Positions 26,572 to 35,726 of a DNA stretch of 57,163 nucleotides are shown here, one piece after another. Source of the DNA: Desulfurococcales archaeon (GTDB lineage: Archaea > Thermoproteota > Thermoprotei_A > Sulfolobales > NBVN01); the NCBI GenBank assembly GCA_026986435.1, contig JALSOP010000035.1, forward strand, positions 1-57,163. Reading direction: 5' to 3'. The translations under genes and the position numbers were made by a program. Position 1 is the stretch's first letter. Every line of letters starts with the position of its first letter. The notes beneath the pieces are model-generated. The model was not told the origin of the DNA and ran no database searches. It saw only the letters and a program-made list of their open reading frames with translations.

Positions 26572-27521
26572 GCACAAAGCCCAAGATCCCAACTATTTGG
26601 GACATACCGAGGGAGGAACTCTTCGCGCCTGGCCATAGAATGTGCCAGGGATGCGGAGCTGCCATATTGATGAGGCACATAACGAAGGCCCTGGGGAAAG
26701 ACGCCATAATAGTTGAGGCCACTGGCTGTGTCGAGGTCACCACGACTGTTTACCCGCAGACCGCGTGGAAGCACCCATGGCTGCACATAGCGTTCGAGAA
26801 CGCTGCCGCCGGTGCGTCAGGTGTTGAGGCGGCGATAAAGGCCCTGAAGAGAAAGGGAGTAATACCGAAGGACAAAAAGGTCAAGGTCGTCGCGATAGGC
26901 GGTGATGGCGGAACCTTCGACATAGGCCTGCAGGCCCTCTCCGGCATGCTGGAGAGAGGGCATAACGTGCTCTACATAGTGTACGACAACGAGGCATACA
27001 TGAACACAGGAATACAGCGCAGCGGTGCCACACCATATAAGGCGTGGACCACCACAACTCCCGTCGGTAAGGTGTGGCGCGGTGAGTGGAGGCCTAAGAA
27101 GGACATAATGGGTATCGTGCTAGCGCACAGAGTGCCTTACGCAGCCACCGTCAACCCGGCGTATATAACGGATCTCTACATGAAGGTGAGGAAGGCAGTC
27201 GAGATCGAGGGGCCGACCTTTATACACGCGTTCTCGCCGTGCACGCCCGGCTGGAGGATAGACCCTGCCCTCACAGTGACCGTAGCGAGGCTAGCCGTGC
27301 AGACCGGAGTGTGGATTAACTATGAAGTGGAGAATGGCGAGTTCAGGGTGACGACGCCAGTGTCGAGGAGGAAGCCTGTTAGGGATTACCTGAAGCTTCA
27401 AGGGAGGTTCCGCCACCTCACCGAGGAGGAGATTGCTGAGATACAGCGTATGGTTGACGAGGAAGTGGAGCGAATTAACAGGCTCGTCGGCAAGACAGTC
27501 ATTGGGCCGGTTGTTAAGTGA
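26568..27521 (+). CDS. 2-oxoacid:ferredoxin oxidoreductase, beta subunit (TPP-binding)
   Basis: 317 aa. CQGCG, ATGC, GGDGGTFDIGLQALS and YDNEAYMNTG. Confidence 0.9.
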   Translation: MSTKPKIPTIWDIPREELFAPGHRMCQGCGAAILMRHITKALGKDAIIVEATGCVEVTTTVYPQTAWKHPWLHIAFENAAAGASGVEAAIKALKRKGVIPKDKKVKVVAIGGDGGTFDIGLQALSGMLERGHNVLYIVYDNEAYMNTGIQRSGATPYKAWTTTTPVGKVWRGEWRPKKDIMGIVLAHRVPYAATVNPAYITDLYMKVRKAVEIEGPTFIHAFSPCTPGWRIDPALTVTVARLAVQTGVWINYEVENGEFRVTTPVSRRKPVRDYLKLQGRFRHLTEEEIAEIQRMVDEEVERINRLVGKTVIGPVVK

Positions 27522-27523
27522 GG

Positions 27524-28342
27524 TTATGAGCCGATCTTCTTCTTTTTAATTCTTATCAACTCCTTGGACTTCTTCAGCATGTTGATGTATCTCTTGGCGA
27601 GGCGCTCGTTACCGCTCCTGCCCAATCTCTTGATCGTTACCTCGAGCATGAACCTCGAAGCATCCATTCTGCTCTCCAGGATCTCGCCCTCGCTACTTGT
27701 GATTATCGTTGGCTGGGCTATGAACTCATCAGCATACCCGCCTATGACGATCACAGGCACGCCGTTCTCGTGAGACCTGACCGAGGCAAGCCACTCAGTC
27801 TCTTTGGGCGAGTACGGGGTTATGAGGGGTGGCACAAAGAACATTATGACGTCGGCACCAAGGAGCGCACAGGCCCTACTTATCTCCGGGTAACTCATGT
27901 CATCCCCCACTACAGCACATATCTCTGCCCCATCAACCCTGAACTTACCCACACTGAATGAACCACTTATCTTGTCCTCTATCTCGACGACCTTCCGCGC
28001 AAGCGTCACTGGCGCGGCGTGGGGTAATATGCCAACTACGTCCAGGTAGTTCTTATTACCGCTCCTTACCATGACTGGTCCAATAATGATTGGCGTCCCG
28101 AATTCGTCGACGAATGCCCCTAGCTTTGTGAGGAGTAAGCTATACGATGCTCTGGCGCTGAATGCTTTTCTTTTCCCCTTAATGTACTGGTACACCGGAT
28201 GCGGGGGCGCCAGCGTGACGACAGTTTTACTAGCTGGCGCTTCCCTCAGCGTCGCTATGAGGTCAACAGCAAAGTCCCTTGCCTTCTGTCTCAGTTCTTG
28301 GCGAAGTATGAGCAGTGATCCATGACTCAATAAGTGCACCAA
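27524..28342 (-). CDS. Carbon-nitrogen hydrolase (nitrilase superfamily)-like protein, probably lacking the catalytic Cys
   Basis: 272 aa. LARKVVEI parallels the yrKihL Lys block, and GAEICAVVGDDMSYPEISRACALLGADVIMF parallels kiG..IC.D..fPE..r.la..GA.ii. In my by-eye register a Gly sits at the Cys position. Confidence 0.45.
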   Translation of the reverse strand: MVHLLSHGSLLILRQELRQKARDFAVDLIATLREAPASKTVVTLAPPHPVYQYIKGKRKAFSARASYSLLLTKLGAFVDEFGTPIIIGPVMVRSGNKNYLDVVGILPHAAPVTLARKVVEIEDKISGSFSVGKFRVDGAEICAVVGDDMSYPEISRACALLGADVIMFFVPPLITPYSPKETEWLASVRSHENGVPVIVIGGYADEFIAQPTIITSSEGEILESRMDASRFMLEVTIKRLGRSGNERLAKRYINMLKKSKELIRIKKKKIGS

Positions 28343-28372
28343 GAGAGTTTAATGAGTAATGGGATAAAACGG

Positions 28373-31300
28373 TTAGCTCTTTGCACCCATCATCCTTTTC
28401 TCGATCTCCCTCATCTCGCCAAAGATGTCCGTGAGTAGCTTCACGTAGAGTGTGAACCCGTCCTCACCTACCTCCTCCACAGTCCTCATGCGCTCCTCGA
28501 GTTCCCTGGTCTTGTCCTCGGTAACGAACTCCCTGTACTTCTTGAGGAGGTGCCTGTAGACCTCCATGCCGAGGATGGTCGGCACGAGCACCCTGTTGTG
28601 TTCGACGTACCTCCGCTTCTTTATGGTGTCCATTATCTTTGCGTATGTGCTCGGCCTACCTATTTTCTTCTCCTTCATCTTCCTAACAGCGTCAGCCTCA
28701 CTCAGTAGAGTGCCTTTCTTCCCTATCCATACGAACCTGATCTCGCACGGGTGAACCACCCTCTTCTTTCTCCTCTCCCTCGGCGGTGGGGGTCTGCAGA
28801 CAACGCCCCTGAGCTTCTCAAGAACACCCGTATCAACTAGTGGCACGTTGACATAGAACCTGAGATAGCCATCGAAGGTGTCCTCAAGGCCGAGCACGTA
28901 GGCCTCGCCAGCGTCAACGTCGCTTATGCGGACCTCGTGACGCTCGCCCCCAACGTACCCGACGAGCTTGATGTCAGCCTTAAGCCTCGCCTTAGCTACC
29001 TTAGCAGGGGCTGCCTGGCTTGCCATGAATCTACGGAATATCATGTCATAGACAGCGAAGTGTCTCGACTCTAACCTCCTAACAGGCTCTATGACTCCCT
29101 CATTGATGAGGTCCCTTAGTGTCTGCTCGTCTATCGGCCTCGTCGGCCTTATGCACTCGTGGGCACCTCCCTCGCCCCACCTCCTGGGCCTGAAGTACCT
29201 GTCCCCTAGCTTCTCCGTGATGTACTCCCTGGCCACCGCTATCCCGGCGTCGGAGACCCTCGTTGAGTCAGTCCTGTGGTAGGTTATGAAGCCCAGCTCG
29301 AACAAGTCCTGGAGTATCCTCATTATCTCCTCTGAGCTCATCCTCAGCTTCTGGGATATGTCGCTGATCGCTGTGTCCGTTGTGTACGGTGGCGGCGGGT
29401 TAATCTCCGCGAGCTCCTCTAGTAATTCTGCGGTGATTGCTAACTCCGCGTGCTCTATGCCACTCTTACTCCTTGGCGTGAGCATCCACCACTGCGGCGA
29501 GCCGTAGAGAGCTGACATTGGGACATAGACTCTTCTCGTAATCTTTTTGTCTATGCCGAGCGGCTTTACGCCTATTCTCTTAAGGAGTTCTGCGTCCTCT
29601 TCAGTGAACTCGCGCTCAATCCTTAGAGAGGGTGCCAATACCCTGCCCTCCCCAGCATTAGCTATTAGGTCTGGTCTGAGGGTGAGCCTCATCCTCGGAC
29701 CCCACTCAGAGAGGTGCATTTTCAGTCCTTCGATTATCCAGCCAAGAACGGGAGTCTGCACCCTGCCAGCGCTCAGATTTCTATACGGTCCTCTTTTCTT
29801 ACAGTTTGTTAGAACTACTGAGGGTAGTGGTTGCCTGAGCTTCACAATTATTTTCTTATCGCGATCTGCTCTGAGTAACTTCCTCAGCTTCTTTACGTCC
29901 AGAAGGACATACTTATCCACGTCATACCTGGTGCGAAGGTCGTCGGGTCTCATCTTGTTCCTTTTCATGTAGTTGTTAATGTTTTCGCAGAACACTGGCC
30001 AGAAGTTCTCCTGTAGATCCTTCGAGAGTGGGAACCCTATCCACCTGTCCTCTATCCTCCTAATGAGCTGAGCCATGACCAGGTTCTCGTCGATGTTCCT
30101 CGGGTTCTCGATGGCTTTCAGGACCGCCTTCCTCGTCACCTCGTGGAACTCGACGCGCTTGAGGGCGTTGTCGCTTGGGAGCATCGGTCTGACGATGTTC
30201 CATACGTCGAACGCTATTTTCTCGCCTTCGGTGTCGGGGTCCGTCCCTATGAGTACCTCGTCGACCTCCATAGCGACGTCCCTGAGGGCCTCTATGATCT
30301 CCGTTGCGGACTCTATCTCACCTTCTGTGGCGTATCTCTCCCATGCCTCACTGTATTCCGGCTCTGCTATGAAGGTCGTGGCCGGCCTGTTTTCGTCGCC
30401 TCTTATGATTCTCCTTCTGGGTGAGTAAATCGGGACGAAGGGAGGTTTGTTGCTCCCGGCGACCAGCTTCTCCCTTCCGGCGATCCCGTAGTAGTGCCTT
30501 ATGTGGGGCGCTACCTTCTCATGCTTCACTATCTTCTGAAAATCGACTATCAAGTCGTATATGTGGCCGCCGCTGGCCGTTATGAGTAGTGTGAGGGAAC
30601 CTATCGATACCTCGTATACCCTTAACCTTCCGTAGGTTCTTGAGCTCGGGCGGCCGAAGAACCTCGCTATTGTTCTGGCCTTGTTGGGTGATTCAACGAT
30701 GAAGAGCGCTGTCTTTATGTCCGTTACCCTCGGTAGTTCGGCAGCGCTCACTTTCTCCCCGCTCCTCAGCCTCCTTATGAGTTCCCTGTGTCTGTCCACC
30801 TCCTCAAGGGTTTTCTTGACCTTCTCGGGGTCCCATTCGTGGAGGGCGAATTCGTCTATTAGCCACCTTATCCTGTGCTCGAGCCCGTAGACGAGGCGAT
30901 CATCGTGCTCAAGGATCACCGCTATACCCTTGCTTATGCCGCCCAGGAAGAGCCTCGATGTCCTCCCGCTCGCCTGGATGTACGTCCTAACGTCAGGTAT
31001 TAGCACGTAGAGGGCGCCGGCCTCGACCCTAACAGAGACCTCCGGGTTCTTCTCGATCGCCTCAATAACGGATTTGTCCCGGAGGGCCGCCCTCACAATC
31101 ATGAAGGCCTCCGCGAACACCCTCTCAAGCCTGCTCATGGTCGAGGCACGCTCGCGGATCTCCTCGTCACTCAGCCCCCTGATCTGGGACAGGAACTCGT
31201 CCAGCCTGTTGAGTATGTAAGTGCCCCTGCGCCTGATCTCCCTCCTCACGATGTTGAGTGCTGCGTTAAGGGCTCTCCTCTTCGCCTCATCCCTTATGGC

Positions 31301-32797
31301 GTCTCTGACCAGCGGTATTAGCTGGAGGAGGTCCCTAGACCCGGTCTCCTCCCCTATCTCGAGCCTCACTTTATGCCTAGGAACACCCACGAAAACCGCA
31401 TACCTAATGATCTCCGGTATGTCCAGCCCCCTTACAAGAACACCGTAGTATGTCGCTACACCGACAAGTACATTGATGTCCCCCTTCCTGAACGCCTCTA
31501 TGATCGAGACAGCGTCCTTCTTGCTGTGAACGGCCTCGGCCTTGATCCCTGCGTCCTTAAGGTATGAGGCTATGGCCTCGGCAGCCTCTATTCCAAGGTC
31601 CTGTGAGACGTAGACCAGGCCTCCTCTAACACCCAGGAACTCGACAGCCTTCACCAGCTCATCAAGATTCTCTTTCCTAAGGTACGGGGCCTCCACCTTG
31701 ATGAGGTAGTCGTCCACGTTACGTATGAACTCCGGCCTAGCACCTATCTCGAAGCCCAGCAACTCCCTGAAGAGCTTGACCCTGGGCCCGCGGGGGTTGC
31801 CGGTGGCAGAGGCGAGAAGCACGAGGGTGCTTATCTGCTCCCTCCTCCTCTGTAGCTTCTTGCTCAGCTTCTCCAGCACCCGCCTATCTCTCTCCAGGCG
31901 TGGGTTGAAGGCGAGCCTCCTCCTGAGTGTTATTATTTCCATACCATCCTGTATGTCCTCCTTGGTGAACCCCGCAAGCATAAGGATGAATTCTATCACC
32001 CTCGAAGATCTCATGACTGCGTCGACATCGTCGACGAATATCATCCCCCACTTCCTTCTCCTCCCGAGGCGCACGAGGCCCTCAAAGATCTCGTCCCCAT
32101 TCTCCTCATGCTTCTTCCCCAGCCTGAGCAGGAAGTTGGAGGTTGTGATGAGGATGTCGAAGTCACCGTTCTTTACCGCCTCCAGCACCTCTTTTCTGGC
32201 GGATGCACGTAGCTTGGAATGAATAGCTACGACCCTCGGCTCCCACCCGGTGATGTTCCGGGCCAGTTCCTCAACTCTCTCCTTGATCTGCATTACGAGT
32301 GTCGTTGTGGGCGCCATGAAGTATGACTTGAGACCTTTCTCCTTAGCTAGGTAGAGGGCGAGTACCACGCCGAATGTCGTCTTGCCAACTCCGGTTGGGG
32401 CTATCATAGCGAAGGAGAGGCCCTTCGCCGCCCTCCTTATCCAGAGCCTCTGAATCGCCCAGGGCTTACTGCCCATGACCTGCGTGAAGAAACTCTCGAT
32501 CTTTGCTGACTCCTTTATCATTCTGCAGTAGACTCCATAGGAGGTGTTCCTGAGTAGCCCACGCTCCTCAAGGTAATCACATATGTTTCTCCTGAAATCA
32601 CCCCTTCCCTTAAGCCTGTTTAGCACGTCGTCAGGGATACACTTCGAGCACGGAAGGCCTGCCCTCAACCTCTCATCGCTTATAGCCCCACCGCACACGG
32701 GACACGTCTTAAGGTAAACAACAAACCTAGCGCGAGCGACCTCGCTGACGAATCTCTCGGCCTCAGCATCTACCGGGGAAATTGGAGCAGCACCCAA
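28373..32797 (-). CDS. rgy: Reverse gyrase (helicase-like domain fused to type IA topoisomerase)
   Basis: 1474 aa. N-terminal zinc finger CPVCGG...CSKC, helicase motif I APTGVGKT, motif II VDDVD, Toprim ESPNKARTIARFFG and GTDPDTEGEKIAFD, SAGRVQTP, and catalytic Tyr block ITYHRTDSTR. Confidence 0.97.
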   Translation of the reverse strand: MGAAPISPVDAEAERFVSEVARARFVVYLKTCPVCGGAISDERLRAGLPCSKCIPDDVLNRLKGRGDFRRNICDYLEERGLLRNTSYGVYCRMIKESAKIESFFTQVMGSKPWAIQRLWIRRAAKGLSFAMIAPTGVGKTTFGVVLALYLAKEKGLKSYFMAPTTTLVMQIKERVEELARNITGWEPRVVAIHSKLRASARKEVLEAVKNGDFDILITTSNFLLRLGKKHEENGDEIFEGLVRLGRRRKWGMIFVDDVDAVMRSSRVIEFILMLAGFTKEDIQDGMEIITLRRRLAFNPRLERDRRVLEKLSKKLQRRREQISTLVLLASATGNPRGPRVKLFRELLGFEIGARPEFIRNVDDYLIKVEAPYLRKENLDELVKAVEFLGVRGGLVYVSQDLGIEAAEAIASYLKDAGIKAEAVHSKKDAVSIIEAFRKGDINVLVGVATYYGVLVRGLDIPEIIRYAVFVGVPRHKVRLEIGEETGSRDLLQLIPLVRDAIRDEAKRRALNAALNIVRREIRRRGTYILNRLDEFLSQIRGLSDEEIRERASTMSRLERVFAEAFMIVRAALRDKSVIEAIEKNPEVSVRVEAGALYVLIPDVRTYIQASGRTSRLFLGGISKGIAVILEHDDRLVYGLEHRIRWLIDEFALHEWDPEKVKKTLEEVDRHRELIRRLRSGEKVSAAELPRVTDIKTALFIVESPNKARTIARFFGRPSSRTYGRLRVYEVSIGSLTLLITASGGHIYDLIVDFQKIVKHEKVAPHIRHYYGIAGREKLVAGSNKPPFVPIYSPRRRIIRGDENRPATTFIAEPEYSEAWERYATEGEIESATEIIEALRDVAMEVDEVLIGTDPDTEGEKIAFDVWNIVRPMLPSDNALKRVEFHEVTRKAVLKAIENPRNIDENLVMAQLIRRIEDRWIGFPLSKDLQENFWPVFCENINNYMKRNKMRPDDLRTRYDVDKYVLLDVKKLRKLLRADRDKKIIVKLRQPLPSVVLTNCKKRGPYRNLSAGRVQTPVLGWIIEGLKMHLSEWGPRMRLTLRPDLIANAGEGRVLAPSLRIEREFTEEDAELLKRIGVKPLGIDKKITRRVYVPMSALYGSPQWWMLTPRSKSGIEHAELAITAELLEELAEINPPPPYTTDTAISDISQKLRMSSEEIMRILQDLFELGFITYHRTDSTRVSDAGIAVAREYITEKLGDRYFRPRRWGEGGAHECIRPTRPIDEQTLRDLINEGVIEPVRRLESRHFAVYDMIFRRFMASQAAPAKVAKARLKADIKLVGYVGGERHEVRISDVDAGEAYVLGLEDTFDGYLRFYVNVPLVDTGVLEKLRGVVCRPPPPRERRKKRVVHPCEIRFVWIGKKGTLLSEADAVRKMKEKKIGRPSTYAKIMDTIKKRRYVEHNRVLVPTILGMEVYRHLLKKYREFVTEDKTRELEERMRTVEEVGEDGFTLYVKLLTDIFGEMREIEKRMMGAKS

Positions 32798-32849
32798 TCG
32801 CTACCGCCGTTGAGTAGGCGGATTCTAAAGTATTAGAAATTTATGCTCA

Positions 32850-32917
32850 CCTCAAAACTCAGTGAAGAGAAGACTCATCATTTGCCCTCAGGAGACCGTC
32901 GTATCATCACACAAAGG
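32850..32917 (-). ncRNA. Box C/D sRNA
   Basis: The minus strand reads GTGATGA(C)-12 nt TACGACGGTCTC-CTGA(D')-GGGCAA-ATGATGA(C')-12 nt GTCTTCTCTTCA-CTGA(D). All four boxes are canonical and both spacers are exactly 12 nt. The D' guide is complementary to AGACCGUCGU of the conserved 23S domain V sequence (recalled from memory). Confidence 0.8.
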
Positions 32918-32962
32918 AGCTTCACAACTAAACTAATATAGGGTTCGCTACACCAACAAAAC

Positions 32963-33018
32963 GGATGATGAACCCAGCAGATAACGGGATCATGTGACGA
33001 AACCTGTCTCAGCTGAAT
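32963..33018 (+). ncRNA. Box C/D sRNA candidate (degenerate D' and C')
   Basis: ATGATGA(C)-12 nt ACCCAGCAGATA-ACGG-GATCAT-GTGACGA(C')-12 nt AACCTGTCTCAG-CTGA(D). The guide complements UAUCUGCUGGGU and CUGAGACAGGUU resemble two neighbouring stretches of conserved 23S domain V (..GUGAGACAGGUU..(about 7 nt)..UAUCUGC..GGG), recalled from memory. Confidence 0.6.
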
Positions 33019-33109
33019 CAGCGCACACCCTTTCCTCGACCATGCGAGTTTCTGCCGAAGGATACCCCGCCTGAATTATGAGAGATCGTCGCAGTATCTC
33101 GGCAAGTTC

Positions 33110-33919
33110 TTAGAGCACTGCTCTACTCACGAAGTACCTCACTAGGTCATTGAGCGTCACTGCCGCCCTGATCTCGTTCTCCTCAACGAGGTAGACCGCT
33201 TTCACCCTCTTCTCGCTCATGAGTGCGGCGACATCCGAGATCGTAGAGTCCAGGGGCTGGATGGGTACGTAGGGTCTCATTATCTCGCCTACCCTCACCT
33301 CTCTTAGGTAGTCCTTCGGCCCGTACTCAGCTGCGTAATCTATGAGGTCAGCCAGTAGCTTGGCGATCTCGTAACTGCTTACTATTCCTGCCGGTTTTCC
33401 TTCGAGGTTGCGCACGAGAACCTGCTGTACGCCCTCATCAATGATCATTCTCCTAACCATGAGCACAGAGTCAGTCTCCCTCACCTCCCTCACCACGCTG
33501 GTCAACGCTGAGGTAACCCCCGCCTTCTCGTCCTTTAACATCGCAGCAATCTCCCACTTCGTGACCAGGGCTGATACCTCACCAGCTTCATCGAGCGCTG
33601 GTATACTGCTTATCCCCTTCTCAACCATCACCCTAGCGGCCTTCGTTACTGGTGAGTTCTGGGGCAATGCTATTAGTGGGAAACTCATGACGGCGGAGAC
33701 GTGGAGAGTTGTGGTTGGAACTCTCTTAGATTTTGTCGGCGCTAGCTTTAGGGCTATGTCTGTCAGCGTCACTATCCCGACAGGCTTGTCGTTGTGATAG
33801 ACAATTGCCCTGTCCTCCCCCCTGCGAAAGAGTTCCCTTATGAGGTTGTATAGCGTGTCGTTCTTGTTTGTCTTCATGAAGTCTTTCCTACCGATCTCGA
33901 TCAGAGTAGGCTCCATCAC
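33110..33919 (-). CDS. Stand-alone CBS-domain protein (4 CBS motifs), paralogue 4 of 4
   Basis: 269 aa. Repeated h.p..h.sh..ss.h..A..hM....h..hPVh-type units (e.g. VYHNDKPVGIVTLTDI, ALDEAGEVSALVTKWEI, VRNLEGKPAGIVSSYEI, LVEENEIRAAVTLNDL). Confidence 0.9.
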   Translation of the reverse strand: MMEPTLIEIGRKDFMKTNKNDTLYNLIRELFRRGEDRAIVYHNDKPVGIVTLTDIALKLAPTKSKRVPTTTLHVSAVMSFPLIALPQNSPVTKAARVMVEKGISSIPALDEAGEVSALVTKWEIAAMLKDEKAGVTSALTSVVREVRETDSVLMVRRMIIDEGVQQVLVRNLEGKPAGIVSSYEIAKLLADLIDYAAEYGPKDYLREVRVGEIMRPYVPIQPLDSTISDVAALMSEKRVKAVYLVEENEIRAAVTLNDLVRYFVSRAVL

Positions 33920-33921
33920 CT

Positions 33922-34791
33922 CTACCCCTTCCTCACTGCTTTAAGGATCTCCTTCTTCGTGACCAAGCCGGCGAGCTTGCCAGAGCCGTTCACCACCGGG
34001 AGGGTGCTTATCCCGTTAGTTATCATTATCCTAGCTGCCTCAGCCAAGTCCTCCGAGGGCGAGATCGTGATCGGGTTGGGTGTCATGATGTCGAAGGCAA
34101 CAGGCATTGTGTAGACACGTACGACACCCGGTATTCCCCTACCGGTTAACCCAGCTCTTTTGACGAACTTTGTGCCTGTCCTTGCGAGAGGGAATATGTT
34201 ACTGTACATTATGTCTGCTTTAGTAATTACACCAACAACTTTCTCACCGTCAACCACTAAAGCCCGACCATATTCTCCCACAACTTCAGCGACATAGAAG
34301 AATGAGTGCTGTGGATGGACTATTGGGAGTTCCTCAGTTATCATCATTTCCTCTACTCTATGCGCTCCTTTATAATTCTCTGCATATGCCCTAACGATAT
34401 CCGTCTTCGTTATTATTCCTCTGAGCTCCTCCACACCGTTCACAACATCTATGACCACGAGGGAGCCTATCTTCCTAGTAAGCATTATGTGGGCTGCTCT
34501 CTTGATCGCCCTAGTAGGCCTTATCGAGTAAACAGGTGTGGACATTATCTCCTTGGCTAGTATGTCCGTTAACGGCCTGTACATCCTCTTTCTGTTGTAC
34601 ATTATCCTCACGAAGTCGCTCCTGCTTATAATGCCGACAACCCTGCCCCCACTCTTCGAACTCACGATCACTACTCGGCCTATGCCGTACCTTATCATGA
34701 GGTTCCTTATCCTGGCGAGGTTATCGTTCTCATCAGCCGTAACGACCTCCGACGTCATGTATTTACTCACTCTGGGAGGCATCACTCTCAC
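33922..34791 (-). CDS. Stand-alone CBS-domain protein (4 CBS motifs), paralogue 3 of 4
   Basis: 289 aa. MTSEVVTADEND..., GRVVGIISRSDF, ELRGIITKTDI, EKVVGVITKADI and GKLAGLVTKKEI. Confidence 0.9.
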   Translation of the reverse strand: MRVMPPRVSKYMTSEVVTADENDNLARIRNLMIRYGIGRVVIVSSKSGGRVVGIISRSDFVRIMYNRKRMYRPLTDILAKEIMSTPVYSIRPTRAIKRAAHIMLTRKIGSLVVIDVVNGVEELRGIITKTDIVRAYAENYKGAHRVEEMMITEELPIVHPQHSFFYVAEVVGEYGRALVVDGEKVVGVITKADIMYSNIFPLARTGTKFVKRAGLTGRGIPGVVRVYTMPVAFDIMTPNPITISPSEDLAEAARIMITNGISTLPVVNGSGKLAGLVTKKEILKAVRKG

Positions 34792-35726
34792 CTCGTGAGC
34801 GCGGCGTATAGAATGTCTCTCTCAGTAATTATTCCCACCACCTCATCGCCCCTCATGACGAGGGCGTAGTCCTTTCCTCTCTCCTTCATCCTAATCACCA
34901 CGTCCGCGAGGTCTTCCCCTGGAGACGCCCTTTCAAAGTCCGTCGTCGTCACTAGCGCTAAAGGCAGGTCGTTGAACTCTGTTACCGTGTACTCCTTCAG
35001 ATGATTGAATACCTCGTGAGAACCTACGAACCCTATTATTTCCCTCCACGTTACCACACCCCTTAACACCGCTCCGTCCACGACGGGAAGACGCCTAACA
35101 CCCGTAGACACCATAAGCTTAAGGGCCGCTCCTATGCTGGCCTCCCTCGCTATGCTTATAACTGACTTACTCATTACCTCGGATACGGTGGTGCCCCTAA
35201 CCAATGCGTGGACATACCGCGTAAGTATCTCCTCCGTGATCATGCCAACGAACTTACCGTCCTCCTCAACCACAGGCACGGCTCCTAGCCCGTTCAGCAC
35301 CATTACCTCGATAACCTTCATTGGGTCAGTGTCTATGTCGACCGAGATCACCTTTGTTGTCATGATGTTCCTCACGTGCGCATAGAGGGCGTCGTAGATA
35401 CGGTCGCCGAATCTCTGAGCAATTATTCTATATTTCTGCCCGCCGCCCAGATACTCGATTATGTCCATACCAGCTACCACGCCACCGAGGTTGTTGCCCG
35501 GATCCACTACCGGGAGCACCCTCTTACTTGATGACGTCATCGCCTCCGCGGCGTTGAGCACCGTCGATACCTCACTTAAGGTGGGCACCTTCTTATCGAG
35601 GAGCGGCTGGAGTTTCGGTATGACCTCATGTATGTTATCGCGGAAGTTGGGCTTGCCGTCACTTCTTAACCATCTGTTCTTCTCAACTACTCTCCTGTAT
35701 ACGGGCCTCTTCACCACGGAACTCAC
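34788..35726 (-). CDS. Stand-alone CBS-domain protein (4 CBS motifs, N-terminal extension), paralogue 2 of 4
   Basis: 312 aa. NLGGVVAGMDII, GKFVGMITEEIL, VLRGVVTWREI and DEVVGIITERDIL. 4-nt overlaps with both neighbours. Confidence 0.9.
   Translation of the reverse strand: MSSVVKRPVYRRVVEKNRWLRSDGKPNFRDNIHEVIPKLQPLLDKKVPTLSEVSTVLNAAEAMTSSSKRVLPVVDPGNNLGGVVAGMDIIEYLGGGQKYRIIAQRFGDRIYDALYAHVRNIMTTKVISVDIDTDPMKVIEVMVLNGLGAVPVVEEDGKFVGMITEEILTRYVHALVRGTTVSEVMSKSVISIAREASIGAALKLMVSTGVRRLPVVDGAVLRGVVTWREIIGFVGSHEVFNHLKEYTVTEFNDLPLALVTTTDFERASPGEDLADVVIRMKERGKDYALVMRGDEVVGIITERDILYAALTR

Noticed and set aside
28373-32797. Intein suspected in the oversized reverse gyrase (and likewise in the 715-aa MCM at 43458..45605)
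   Set aside because: Neither has LAGLIDADG/HNH blocks, a TxxH block or an HN-Cys/Ser/Thr junction. The catalytic motifs are contiguous, and the extra length is spread over linker insertions.
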